The notes under the pieces were generated by a model, which was not told the origin of the DNA, did not search any database, and saw nothing but the letters and a program-made list of their open reading frames with translations. Position numbers and translations under genes: made by a program. A DNA stretch of 64,000 nucleotides from Candidatus Helarchaeota archaeon (GTDB lineage: Archaea; Asgardarchaeota; Lokiarchaeia; Helarchaeales; RDOG01). Of this stretch, positions 10,368 through 19,523 are shown one piece after another. Positions within the stretch are counted from its first letter, which is position 1, and every line of letters begins with the position of its first letter. The DNA lies in assembly GCA_019058315.1 (NCBI GenBank), contig JAHPZH010000005.1:256001-320000 (forward strand). Direction: 5' to 3'.

Positions 10368-11537
10368 TTATACAAATTCGGTATTGATTCCTATACCTTT
10401 TGAAATAATATGAGAGGATGTAGCTTTTATATTTTTGGGTGTTTGATGGTCTATGTCTAGATATATTCCAGCACAAGTTTCCTCAACTGTCATCCCTAAA
10501 GAATCAGGGGTTATCCAGTCTCCTTTTGGAAAATCATAACTAAATTGTTCTCGTTCATAAGTTGATTTCTTTTTATAGTTTGGTAATTTACGGTCTAAGG
10601 TTTGCCAAGGATAGGGGACTCCCTCTTGTCGTGGTATCGCAACTGCATGTTCCCAAAGCTCTGGAAAATTTTCTACAACCCATTTTACACCGTCTTCTTC
10701 TAAGGCCATCAAATACATCTTGTGTTCAGTTGTAATTCCAGTTAAACCTAAGGTCCATTTGTTTCTACCAGCTAACATGAAAGCATTAAGCATTGGAGGC
10801 CAAGGGATATATCCAAAGTAATTATCTGGAAGCCCTAAGTTTTTTGCGTTGATTCCATCATGAATCCAAGCAAATTGTTCATAATTAGAAGCTTCTCCCA
10901 TTAAATTGATAATTCCACTAATCCATACCATACAAATAATATAAGAACTGTCCGACCATTGAGGACTTCTCTCGTTTCTAACATCTTTAAGGACGTCAAT
11001 TAACCTTTCTCCTGCTTTGAAAAGGCCTTTGGTCTTGCTGGTCATTTCTCGTAACTTTAGTCCATATTTTAAATGACGTCTTTCTAAAATTTCATCTTCT
11101 GGACCTACAAGCCACCAATCTACTGGGACTCCATCCTCACAGTGTCCATTAAGAAGACCAATAACTTCTTGGTCGATATCATTAACAACAACAAATGTCA
11201 AATCACAAGACTCACCATATATAAGCTTAAGTGATCCTTGGCTTAGATCCCCCCTAATCGGAAGAATTGGAGGAAATAAAAGGTAGGACAAAACTTTATC
11301 TGGATTTTTAAGTGACCCATCAATTACAGCTTTAGCAGTTCTGATTGATTCGTCTAACCTAAGCTTTAACAAATCATATACAAATTCTGTAGAAAATTCA
11401 GCGATAGCCTCTTCGTAATAATCTAAGCCTAATTCTTGATACATTCTCCATAGATGACGTCCAAATGGTATGAAACGCTTTGTTTTCATCGTATCTGGAA
11501 TTTCTGAATATGTATGCATTTTTAATATCTCCCTCAT
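10368..11537 (-). CDS. Hypothetical soluble protein (about 385 aa)
   Basis: Long ORF with normal composition and no recognised family; start may be ATG 11519 after GGGAG. Confidence 0.8.
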   Translation of the reverse strand: MREILKMHTYSEIPDTMKTKRFIPFGRHLWRMYQELGLDYYEEAIAEFSTEFVYDLLKLRLDESIRTAKAVIDGSLKNPDKVLSYLLFPPILPIRGDLSQGSLKLIYGESCDLTFVVVNDIDQEVIGLLNGHCEDGVPVDWWLVGPEDEILERRHLKYGLKLREMTSKTKGLFKAGERLIDVLKDVRNERSPQWSDSSYIICMVWISGIINLMGEASNYEQFAWIHDGINAKNLGLPDNYFGYIPWPPMLNAFMLAGRNKWTLGLTGITTEHKMYLMALEEDGVKWVVENFPELWEHAVAIPRQEGVPYPWQTLDRKLPNYKKKSTYEREQFSYDFPKGDWITPDSLGMTVEETCAGIYLDIDHQTPKNIKATSSHIISKGIGINTEFV

Positions 11538-11639
11538 AGAATTTTTAAAATCAAATTATTAAGATCTTAAATTTTATTGATTTGAAATTAATGACCAATT
11601 TTATTTAATTTCTATATTTATAAATCTCGTCCTTTACTT

Positions 11640-12974
11640 TCATGAATTATTGCATATTTGCTTTGGAAATTTTGCGAAACTGATTAATGCAATTAACATA
11701 GCAGCAAAGGCTATTCCACCAATCATTAAGATTGGACCTAATGGATTATAAGTATTGGCTATATTCCAACTTTCATCAATTATTATTCCGATCCAGAAAA
11801 AGCTCAATATTGCCCCCTCCAACCCTATAGCTCCTGAAATTGCTAGTTTTTCTAACATTTCTTGCATTGAATAATACATACTTTCCCTTCTAAGCCCCGT
11901 CCTTTTTTCTTCATCATCAATAATATCAGCAATTAGCACTGGCGAAATTATCCATATTCCTCCCATACCGATTCCTCCAAAAACTGCGAAAAAGATGCCA
12001 AAAATAATTTTTGCTAAGCCGAAAAGGATGAGGAAAAACCAAGATAAACCTAAAGGTATTGTAAAAAAAATCATTGTTAAAATGTAGGTAATTTTCTTTC
12101 CATATTTAATACTTAATTTTTCCCATAATATAATACTTGAAAATGCCCCTACAAATAGAAAGGCGGATATTATAAAAACTTCAGAGAGTTTCAGTCCTAT
12201 AACGCTTACGATTAAAAATGGTAATATTGCAGAAAGGATACGGAATGCAAATTCAATAGCTGTTTTGTTAATTAGAAATAATTGATAAGGAGGATTTTGA
12301 AAAGAGATTTTTAATGCTTCTTTAAAGGAAGTTTTTTCGATTTCTTGATATTCAGGATTTTCTTTGATGGATAACAGGGGTAAAATGGTAAGCACAATAA
12401 TAATAGAAAATATAATAGCTGAAAATGGATATCCGAGACCTTCATATAATATTGGAGCTACTGTAACCGAAATCACTGTAGCTAATACGGCGAATATATT
12501 ACTGTACATCGATACTGATAATCTATCTTCAGAGCTAATAGCGATTTCTGGAAGAAGAGCATAAACTGGCACAACAAGAAATGTAAACATGGCATCAAAA
12601 ATTGAAATTATTATTAGGACATAAATCGAGATAACGGTAGATCCTAGCCCAATGGGAGGAGTCCAAAGTAAAATATATAATATTATTAATGGAATAATTC
12701 CCATAATTATAAATGGCTTCCTTCTTCCAAAACGAGACCTATAATTATCACTTTTGGATCCAACTATTGGATTAAATATAGCATCAACAATTCTTCCAAT
12801 AGCTAATGCTATCCCCATAATGAGTCCACCCGCAGCGAATCCAATAAAGGCTTGATCTAGATAAAAATATAAAATATAACTTAAAAATGTGCCATTAATT
12901 ATGCTAATTCCAAAATTTCCCAGACTATAAATTAATTTAGTTCTTATACTAATTTTTTCCATTGTTCCACCCAT
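11640..12974 (-). CDS. MFS transporter, GPH (glycoside-pentoside-hexuronide) family
   Basis: DAIFNPIVGSKSD..RSRFGRRKPF and ADIIDDEEKRTGLRRE; about 12 TM. Confidence 0.9.
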   Translation of the reverse strand: MGGTMEKISIRTKLIYSLGNFGISIINGTFLSYILYFYLDQAFIGFAAGGLIMGIALAIGRIVDAIFNPIVGSKSDNYRSRFGRRKPFIIMGIIPLIILYILLWTPPIGLGSTVISIYVLIIISIFDAMFTFLVVPVYALLPEIAISSEDRLSVSMYSNIFAVLATVISVTVAPILYEGLGYPFSAIIFSIIIVLTILPLLSIKENPEYQEIEKTSFKEALKISFQNPPYQLFLINKTAIEFAFRILSAILPFLIVSVIGLKLSEVFIISAFLFVGAFSSIILWEKLSIKYGKKITYILTMIFFTIPLGLSWFFLILFGLAKIIFGIFFAVFGGIGMGGIWIISPVLIADIIDDEEKRTGLRRESMYYSMQEMLEKLAISGAIGLEGAILSFFWIGIIIDESWNIANTYNPLGPILMIGGIAFAAMLIALISFAKFPKQICNNS

Positions 12975-13058
12975 ATAAAAGAGGACAATTAGGAATTATT
13001 AATAAAAAATACTTTTTGGACCTTTTTGGATTTAATTAAGAAGAAAATATATTATGTA

Positions 13059-13412
13059 CTATTCTCCTTCTCCTACAGGTTCTTTACCTGTGTATACACT
13101 ATTGGAACTGGGGTGTGTACTGCTAACATATATGTAAACTGGTTTTTCATTTCGAAGTATATCTATATACCAACTAAATTGGTAGGCTTGTTCATGTGGG
13201 ATGTAGAGCATTGCTTTTTTTATAACGGGATCGTATGAATTATTAGGGATAACGCTATCTGGATGTAAGAATTTTATAGTAAGTTCATGTTCATCATCAC
13301 CAGTAATTACAATATAGGCATAAAAATCTAATTTTTTATCATCAATTGTAGAACTTAATTTTCTCCCAAGAAAAACCTCATAGCTTCTGGCTTTAAATGT
13401 ATGAGTTACCAT
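13059..13412 (-). CDS. Hypothetical protein
   Basis: 117-aa ORF with AGGATG SD-like sequence upstream; C-terminus DILRNEKPVY...TGKEPVGEGE. Confidence 0.75.
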   Translation of the reverse strand: MVTHTFKARSYEVFLGRKLSSTIDDKKLDFYAYIVITGDDEHELTIKFLHPDSVIPNNSYDPVIKKAMLYIPHEQAYQFSWYIDILRNEKPVYIYVSSTHPSSNSVYTGKEPVGEGE

Positions 13413-13532
13413 ATATTTTCATCCTACTATTAATTTATAAGATTATTAATTATCAAATCTAAAGGATTTAATATTTTTTTATTTTTGATGATATTAACAA
13501 TTTAATCAAAAAAAAAAAGAAAATAAGTTAAA

Positions 13533-15074
13533 TTATTTACGTTTTCTATATATTAATACCACAATAATTAGTAACGTAACTCCTATAGCAATGCTGACAA
13601 TTATTAAGGGAAGTGTCAGATCAGATTCTGGAGAAAGAGTCATAATTAGAAGGATTATATCTACTAGGCTTTCTTTGGTAGAGGTTTTATTGTTTGAATA
13701 CATTATTTCTATATCTATTCCCCAGATACCATTCGTATGATCTTCCCATACAACATGCACTACTCCATTTTCGTCCGTCAATATAGTGGGATTTATACTT
13801 GTATCATCATTCCAACCAGAACTATCATCCGAAATCACTTCTATATTCGACCAACCCGTCACAGTGTATTTTGAATACATTATTTCCTGATCCGTTCCCC
13901 AAGTACCGTCAGTACTGTCTTGCCAAACTACATGTATTATCCCATCTTTATCTACAGTAATATCAGGTTGTTCACTGAGACCATCATTCCAACCCGTATT
14001 ATCATCCGAAATCACTGATGCGTTTGACCAGCCAGTAGAGGTATGATTCATGTACATAATTTCTCTATCATTTCCCCATTCACCATTTGTGTCATCAAAC
14101 CAAACGACGTGGACTGTTCCGTTACTATCTGTTGCTATATCAGGCCAAAAACTACTTTGATCATTCCATCCATAAATATCTGAAATCGCTGTTGCATTTG
14201 ACCAACTAGTAGAAGTAGTGTAGTTTGCATACATTATTTCCCAATCCGTTCCCCATTTACCATTTGTGTCATCATACCAAACAACATGGACAGTTCCATT
14301 AATATCTGTAGCTATTTTTGGCACTAATGATTGATCATCATTCCAACCTGTATAATCATCCGATATCACAGTCGCATTCGACCAGCCAGAAGTTGTATAA
14401 TTTGTATACATTATTTCTGTATCAACCCCCCATTCACCATTTGTATTATCATGCCAGACTACATGTATTACATCATTATTGTCAATTGCAATACTTGGAT
14501 ATTGACTACTCTCATTATTCCATAAATTTTGATCATCAGAAATGACTATCGGATTTGACCATCCAACACCAGTATTATTAATATAAAATATTTCTTGATC
14601 GTTTCCAAAGCCAATATCTGAAGAATCTTGCCAGATCACATGAATTACTCCGTTATTATCGATTGCAATATCAGGATTTTCACTAATACCCGTATTCCAA
14701 TTGCTGCTATTGTCTGATATTACTGTTGCGTTTGTCCAGGCGCCGGATTCACATTTAGCATACATAATCTCTGAATCCGTTCCCCACTCGCCATCAGTGT
14801 CATCCCTCCAAACAACATGGATGACGCTATTGTTATCAATGGCAATAGAACAAGCGTAACTATTACCGTCGTTTCAATTAGTATTATCATCAGATATTAC
14901 CTTTCCTTTAGACCAACCGGAACTATTTAAAGCTAAAGAACTATTTCCACAAGTCTTTAAAGGTATTTGAATGTTAGAATTGGATAAGACCAAACAGAAT
15001 GTCGAAAAGAATAATATTTGTGATATTAAAATATATAATTTTAATTTACGGTTCAAATTGTAACTCTCCTTCAT
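13533..15074 (-). pseudogene. Secreted, membrane-anchored 7-blade beta-propeller protein interrupted by an in-frame TGA at 14874-14876
   Basis: ORFs 14874..15074 and 13533..14765 are in the same frame. The interval reads DDNTN*NDGNSYACSIAIDNNSVIHVVWRDDTDGEWGTDSEIMY, with TGA where the other repeats have Trp. N-terminal signal-like segment; C-terminal TM followed by RKRK. Confidence 0.8.
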
Positions 15075-15229
15075 TTTTTTTGAAGTTACTTTAATTTTAA
15101 AATAATTATTTATAAAAGTTTATTAATTAATCTTTTTTAGAATCCATTTTTAAATTAACAATAGCACTGAGTCTTTCGAATAATAATTCTCTTCTTTTTG
15201 TTATTATGGAATTGCCAAGGATTCTTAAT

Positions 15230-15814
15230 CTATTTTTTCTTTCTTAATTTCAGTTCTATATTCTTCATTTTAGCAAATTTATTAAGGAACTCTTTTAGAA
15301 TTTTGGCTTTATTTTTTATATCTCCATCGTCTATCTTTTCATTTTTAATTTTTTGTTCTATTTCCTCCAATGACTTCTCAATATCTTCAATTGGTAATAG
15401 AGTTGCAGCAATACAAAAAAAATTCTTTGACCTTCCATCATTATAATCTTTTAATATCGTATTAAGCAGATTAATTCGCCTTTCTTGTTGTTCTATAAAT
15501 GCTTTAATACCATTTTTTTTGATGAATTCAAAATTAGGCTTGACTTTTTTATAGGTTAGAAAAGAGTCATATTTTGTTGTCAAATTTTTTTCTAATTTAA
15601 TACATGGAAATTCGTCACACTGAGCACAAACTTCAAGATTCTTTTTCTTTACACAACATGTTATAAATGAACATGATGGATGCTTATTGGAGAAATTAGG
15701 ACCACAACATCCAGGGCATTTTGAACTACCTTCTGTGTTATATCTTGGACATAATCCACAATCAAGGCCACAACAGCCAAGGGTGGGATGATCTTTCACA
15801 GAGTGTTTACTCAA
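15230..15814 (-). CDS. DUF3795-like Cys-rich protein
   Basis: CGLDCGLC, CPGC and C....CC...K....CAQCDEFPC. Confidence 0.8.
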   Translation of the reverse strand: MSKHSVKDHPTLGCCGLDCGLCPRYNTEGSSKCPGCCGPNFSNKHPSCSFITCCVKKKNLEVCAQCDEFPCIKLEKNLTTKYDSFLTYKKVKPNFEFIKKNGIKAFIEQQERRINLLNTILKDYNDGRSKNFFCIAATLLPIEDIEKSLEEIEQKIKNEKIDDGDIKNKAKILKEFLNKFAKMKNIELKLRKKK

Positions 15815-15871
15815 ATCATTTCACGAAAAGAAGGTCTATTGATTTTTAAAATGTAAAAGAAATAATAATTT

Positions 15872-16498
15872 CTATTTTTTCAGCTTTTTACCACATTTAA
15901 CACAAAATGTAGAATCAGATGTATTAAATTCGCCACAAATTGGACAAGGTTTTTCTATTAATAAATCAATTTTTTTTCCACATTTAGGACAAAAATTCTT
16001 TGGCTCTTTAATTACATTTCCACAATCTGGACATTTATATTGAACAGTTGGTTTTGTTATTACCACCTTCATTGGTTTAACTGGTTCTGGAATTGTTTCA
16101 TTTTCAGCAGATTCAAGCGGTTCCAAACTTATTCCCTTTTCGGTTGATGGGTTCTCAAATATACTATCATCAATTGCGGCTAATGAAGATATGTCTTTGA
16201 TTTCTTCTGCAATTTTTATACCTCTTGAAGTTAATGAAAGCAAGTTATTTTTAATTTCGATTAAACCTTGATCTTCCAATTCATTAATTGCACCTTGCAC
16301 GTCAGCTGCTGTCGCTATTCCCCTATCTAATAGCTTAAAGGGATTTATATTTTTAGTTAAAAATACCCCTTCTAGTTTGCGATATTCTTCAGCTTCATTG
16401 GGTGTTCCGAGATACTTATTTTTCTTTTTTAATAATCTTTTTAGTGTATAAACCTTAATTTCCTTAAATATTTTAGGATTAATTCTTTCTACTGGCAT
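15872..16498 (-). CDS. Winged-helix-like N-domain plus double zinc ribbon protein
   Basis: ELEDQGLIE...LTSRG, then CPDCG/CPKCG/CPICG/CVKCG. Confidence 0.75.
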   Translation of the reverse strand: MPVERINPKIFKEIKVYTLKRLLKKKNKYLGTPNEAEEYRKLEGVFLTKNINPFKLLDRGIATAADVQGAINELEDQGLIEIKNNLLSLTSRGIKIAEEIKDISSLAAIDDSIFENPSTEKGISLEPLESAENETIPEPVKPMKVVITKPTVQYKCPDCGNVIKEPKNFCPKCGKKIDLLIEKPCPICGEFNTSDSTFCVKCGKKLKK

Positions 16499-16641
16499 GA
16501 ATTTTCCTCTTATTATTAAATTTCTTATTTTATCTAAACTACATTTAACTTAAAAATTTCATTTTTGAGGCGAATAAAAAGACATAAAAAAACTTAATTT
16601 TCAAAATTAAAACATTAAAAATGTATGTTTTAATTTAGAAG

Positions 16642-17451
16642 GTGCATAATGAAATGGAGAATGAAAAAAAACTAATTATTACAGTTACTACAGCAAATTC
16701 TTGGATATATCCCGAATTAAAGAATTGGCCGGAAACATTAGATGATCTCATAGAAACAATTGTCCAATGTCATAAAGCCGGTGCAGCTATTGCACATATT
16801 CACCTGATTAGAGGTAAAGAAAAAGAGATAGTTCAAAGAATTCGTGAACAATGTGATATTATAATTCAGGCAGGTATGTCAAGTGATCCCATAGAAAAAA
16901 GAAAACCATTATTTGATTCAAAACCAGACATGGTCTCCATAATCTTAAATCATCATGATGAACGTTTTACAAGTGTTGAATTACATCAGCTTCATCCAAG
17001 GGAGGAGTTAGAAAAATATTGTAAAACTTGCAAGGAATATAAAATAAAACCAGAATGGGAAGTCTGGCATCATGGGTCCATTTGGAATTTAAACTATTTA
17101 ATTAAGAAAAATCTAATTGATGGACCCCATTTTTTATCAGTTTTTTTTAATTGGCCTGGAGGTGCATGGAGTCCCCCCGAACCAGGAGAATATTTACACC
17201 GTATTAAATATTTTCCAAAAGATTCTTTACATACAGTAAGTATTATGGGGTCAGAGCAAGTAAAAATTGCTACATTAGCAGTCTCAATGGGTGGACATAT
17301 TCGTGTCGGGACTGAAGACTACCCGTTTATTAAAGAAGGAGTTCCTGCTAAAAATAATGCAGAAATTGTTAAAAATTGGGTTTTAATCAGCGAAAAAATG
17401 GGAAGATCTGTTGCCACACCTTCAGAGGCTCGTAATATGATTGGTATTTAG
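16642..17451 (+). CDS. 3-keto-5-aminohexanoate cleavage enzyme family (BKACE/DUF849)
   Basis: AGAAIAHIH, KPEWE, GGHIRVGTED and GRSVATPSEAR. Confidence 0.92.
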   Translation: MHNEMENEKKLIITVTTANSWIYPELKNWPETLDDLIETIVQCHKAGAAIAHIHLIRGKEKEIVQRIREQCDIIIQAGMSSDPIEKRKPLFDSKPDMVSIILNHHDERFTSVELHQLHPREELEKYCKTCKEYKIKPEWEVWHHGSIWNLNYLIKKNLIDGPHFLSVFFNWPGGAWSPPEPGEYLHRIKYFPKDSLHTVSIMGSEQVKIATLAVSMGGHIRVGTEDYPFIKEGVPAKNNAEIVKNWVLISEKMGRSVATPSEARNMIGI

Positions 17452-17459
17452 GAAGTAAT

Positions 17460-18212
17460 ATGATGAAATTAAAAGGAAAAGTAGCTTTAATTACCGGAGG
17501 AACAGCCGGGATTGGTAAAGCAACAGCTATACTGTTTGCTAAGGAAGGAGCAAGAATAGCAATAAATGGAAGAAATGAAAAAAAAGGAGAAGAAACTTTA
17601 AAAGCTTTGAAAAATATGGGTGCTGAAGCAATTTTTATCCAAGGTGATGTTTCAAAGGCAATTGATGCAAAAAAAATGGTTGAAGAGATAATAAAGAAAT
17701 TTAAGAAATTAGATATTTTGTTTAATAATGCAGGGATAGTGACACCAGGGACAATTGAATCTCTTACAGAAGAACAATGGGATAGAGAAATGGCAATTAA
17801 TGTAAAAGGAGTATTTTTAGTTACAAAATCAGCACTTCCTGAACTTCGAAAAACTAAAGGATGTATAATTAATAACGCTTCGGTAATCGCAGTTAAAGGA
17901 GTAAAAAATAGAGCTGTTTATTCCGCTTCAAAAGGAGCAGTTTTAACTTTAACAAAAGCTATGGCTGCAGAATTTTTAGACTATGGTATTAGGGTTAATG
18001 CAATTCTACCAGGAGTGACAGATACTCCATCACTTCATGTTCGATTGTCAAAATCTCTTGATCCAGAAGCTACTAGAGCGGAATTAATTGCGCGACAGCC
18101 ATTAAAACGTATGGCAAAGCCTGAGGAAATAGCTGAGGCAGTTTTATTCTTAGCTACTAATGAATTTAGCACAGGAACTGCCTTGTTTATTGATGGTGGA
18201 ATGACCATATAA
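17460..18212 (+). CDS. SDR family oxidoreductase
   Basis: TGGTAGIG, NNAG and YSASK. Confidence 0.95.
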   Translation: MMKLKGKVALITGGTAGIGKATAILFAKEGARIAINGRNEKKGEETLKALKNMGAEAIFIQGDVSKAIDAKKMVEEIIKKFKKLDILFNNAGIVTPGTIESLTEEQWDREMAINVKGVFLVTKSALPELRKTKGCIINNASVIAVKGVKNRAVYSASKGAVLTLTKAMAAEFLDYGIRVNAILPGVTDTPSLHVRLSKSLDPEATRAELIARQPLKRMAKPEEIAEAVLFLATNEFSTGTALFIDGGMTI

Positions 18213-18375
18213 AATATATCTTTCAAAGGCATTTAATTCAATTTATAGTGCCACTAAGGGAATTTTGTCGGAAAATATGAAATACTCCATCAATAATATT
18301 TTTTGCCTTTTTGAAATTTTATACAAAATGTTTAAAAATAATGTTTCTTAAATTCTGATCGTAAGTTTAAAAAAC

Positions 18376-18481
18376 CCACAGTGTAAGAAGTGAAAATATT
18401 GAGGGATTTTGTTCACCATTGTTTTGGAAAACTTTAAAACAGTGAACTGTGGAAATACTCAAACTAACAATTCTGTTTTTT
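18376..18481 (+). promoter_or_regulatory. Structured his-operon leader (candidate attenuator)
   Basis: Hairpin GTTCAC/GTGAAC plus TGTTTT/AAAACA with outer TTGAG/CTCAA; alternative pairing CCACAGT (18376-82) with ACTGTGG (18446-52); T-tract at 18476-81. Confidence 0.45.
18390..18437 (+). CDS. Candidate His-His leader peptide (MKILRDFVHHCFGKL, or MRDFVHHCFGKL from TTG 18399)
   Basis: GTG AAA ATA TTG AGG GAT TTT GTT CAC CAT TGT TTT GGA AAA CTT TAA; SD-like GAAGTGA 5 nt before the TTG. Confidence 0.4.
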   Translation: MKILRDFVHHCFGKL

Positions 18482-18511
18482 ATATCAAATTAAATTATTA
18501 TAGTTTTAGAT

Positions 18512-19501
18512 TTGGAGGTTTTTAAAATAAAAAAAATAAGATTCGTTATACCAAAGGGTTCACTAGAAAAAGACACCATGGATCTTCTTAAACAAGCGGG
18601 ATACAGCCTAGTCGGAACAGACAGATCTTATCGTCCGCTTATTAATGATCCAGAGATTGAATTGAAAATTCTTAGACCTCAAGAAATACCTAATTTAATT
18701 GCCCAAGACGCACATGATATCGGTATTTCTGGAATCGATTGGACAGAAGAATCTGGAGTAATTGATGAAGTAGAGGACATATTGGATTTGGAATATGGAA
18801 AAGTAGAATTGGTTGTTGCAGTCCCGAGGGATTGGGACGATGTAAAGAGCTTTTCAGACTTATTGAAGAAATTTCTAAATAAAAACAAGCCCGTACGAAT
18901 TTTCACAGAATTAATAGCAACAACTAAGAAATATATTATGAACAATCCTGTGTATAAACAAAAATTTCAAGATAAAGTCCCTGAAATAATCACTCCTTGG
19001 TCTAGGAATGGAGAAAATCCCCAAGTTAAAATCATCCTTTCTTTTGGAGCAACCGAAGCCAAACCACCCGAAGATGCGGAAGCTATTATTGACCTTACTG
19101 CAACTGGAAAAACCATCGAGGAAAATAAATTAAAAATTATTGATAGTTTAGTTTCCTCAACTGCACGGTTATTAGCTAACCGTAACGCCTTAAAAGATCC
19201 ATGGAAAAAAGGAAAAATTCAAGATATCAAGATGATATTGAAAGGTGTTGTAGAAGCTAGAAAAAAACTACATATATTCATGAATATTAAGAATGAGAAT
19301 CTACCAAAGATGCTTAAAGAACTTCCTGCTTTGAAGCGACCTACAATATCCCCTCTTTCAGGAATTGAAGGCTGGAGTGCAATTAATACTATCATACCCA
19401 AAGATACTTTTATGAAACTAATGCCGATTTTGAGAAAATATGCTCAAGGAATCGTAATACATGAACCAAGACAAATAATACCTTCTGAAGAAGAAGAATA
19501 A
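18512..19501 (+). CDS. hisG: ATP phosphoribosyltransferase, long form
   Basis: IPKGSL, LRPQEIP, DIGISGIDW, SFGATE and C-terminal regulatory domain PTISPL. Confidence 0.96.
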   Translation: MEVFKIKKIRFVIPKGSLEKDTMDLLKQAGYSLVGTDRSYRPLINDPEIELKILRPQEIPNLIAQDAHDIGISGIDWTEESGVIDEVEDILDLEYGKVELVVAVPRDWDDVKSFSDLLKKFLNKNKPVRIFTELIATTKKYIMNNPVYKQKFQDKVPEIITPWSRNGENPQVKIILSFGATEAKPPEDAEAIIDLTATGKTIEENKLKIIDSLVSSTARLLANRNALKDPWKKGKIQDIKMILKGVVEARKKLHIFMNIKNENLPKMLKELPALKRPTISPLSGIEGWSAINTIIPKDTFMKLMPILRKYAQGIVIHEPRQIIPSEEEE

Positions 19502-19523
19502 AATTCAATGTGTGAGTTAAGAT

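Noticed and set aside
14874-14876. Selenocysteine or genetic code 4 at the in-frame TGA
   Set aside because: The position aligns with Trp rather than Cys, no SECIS was recognised, and TGA ends other genes here (for example 21597, 22425, 63883).
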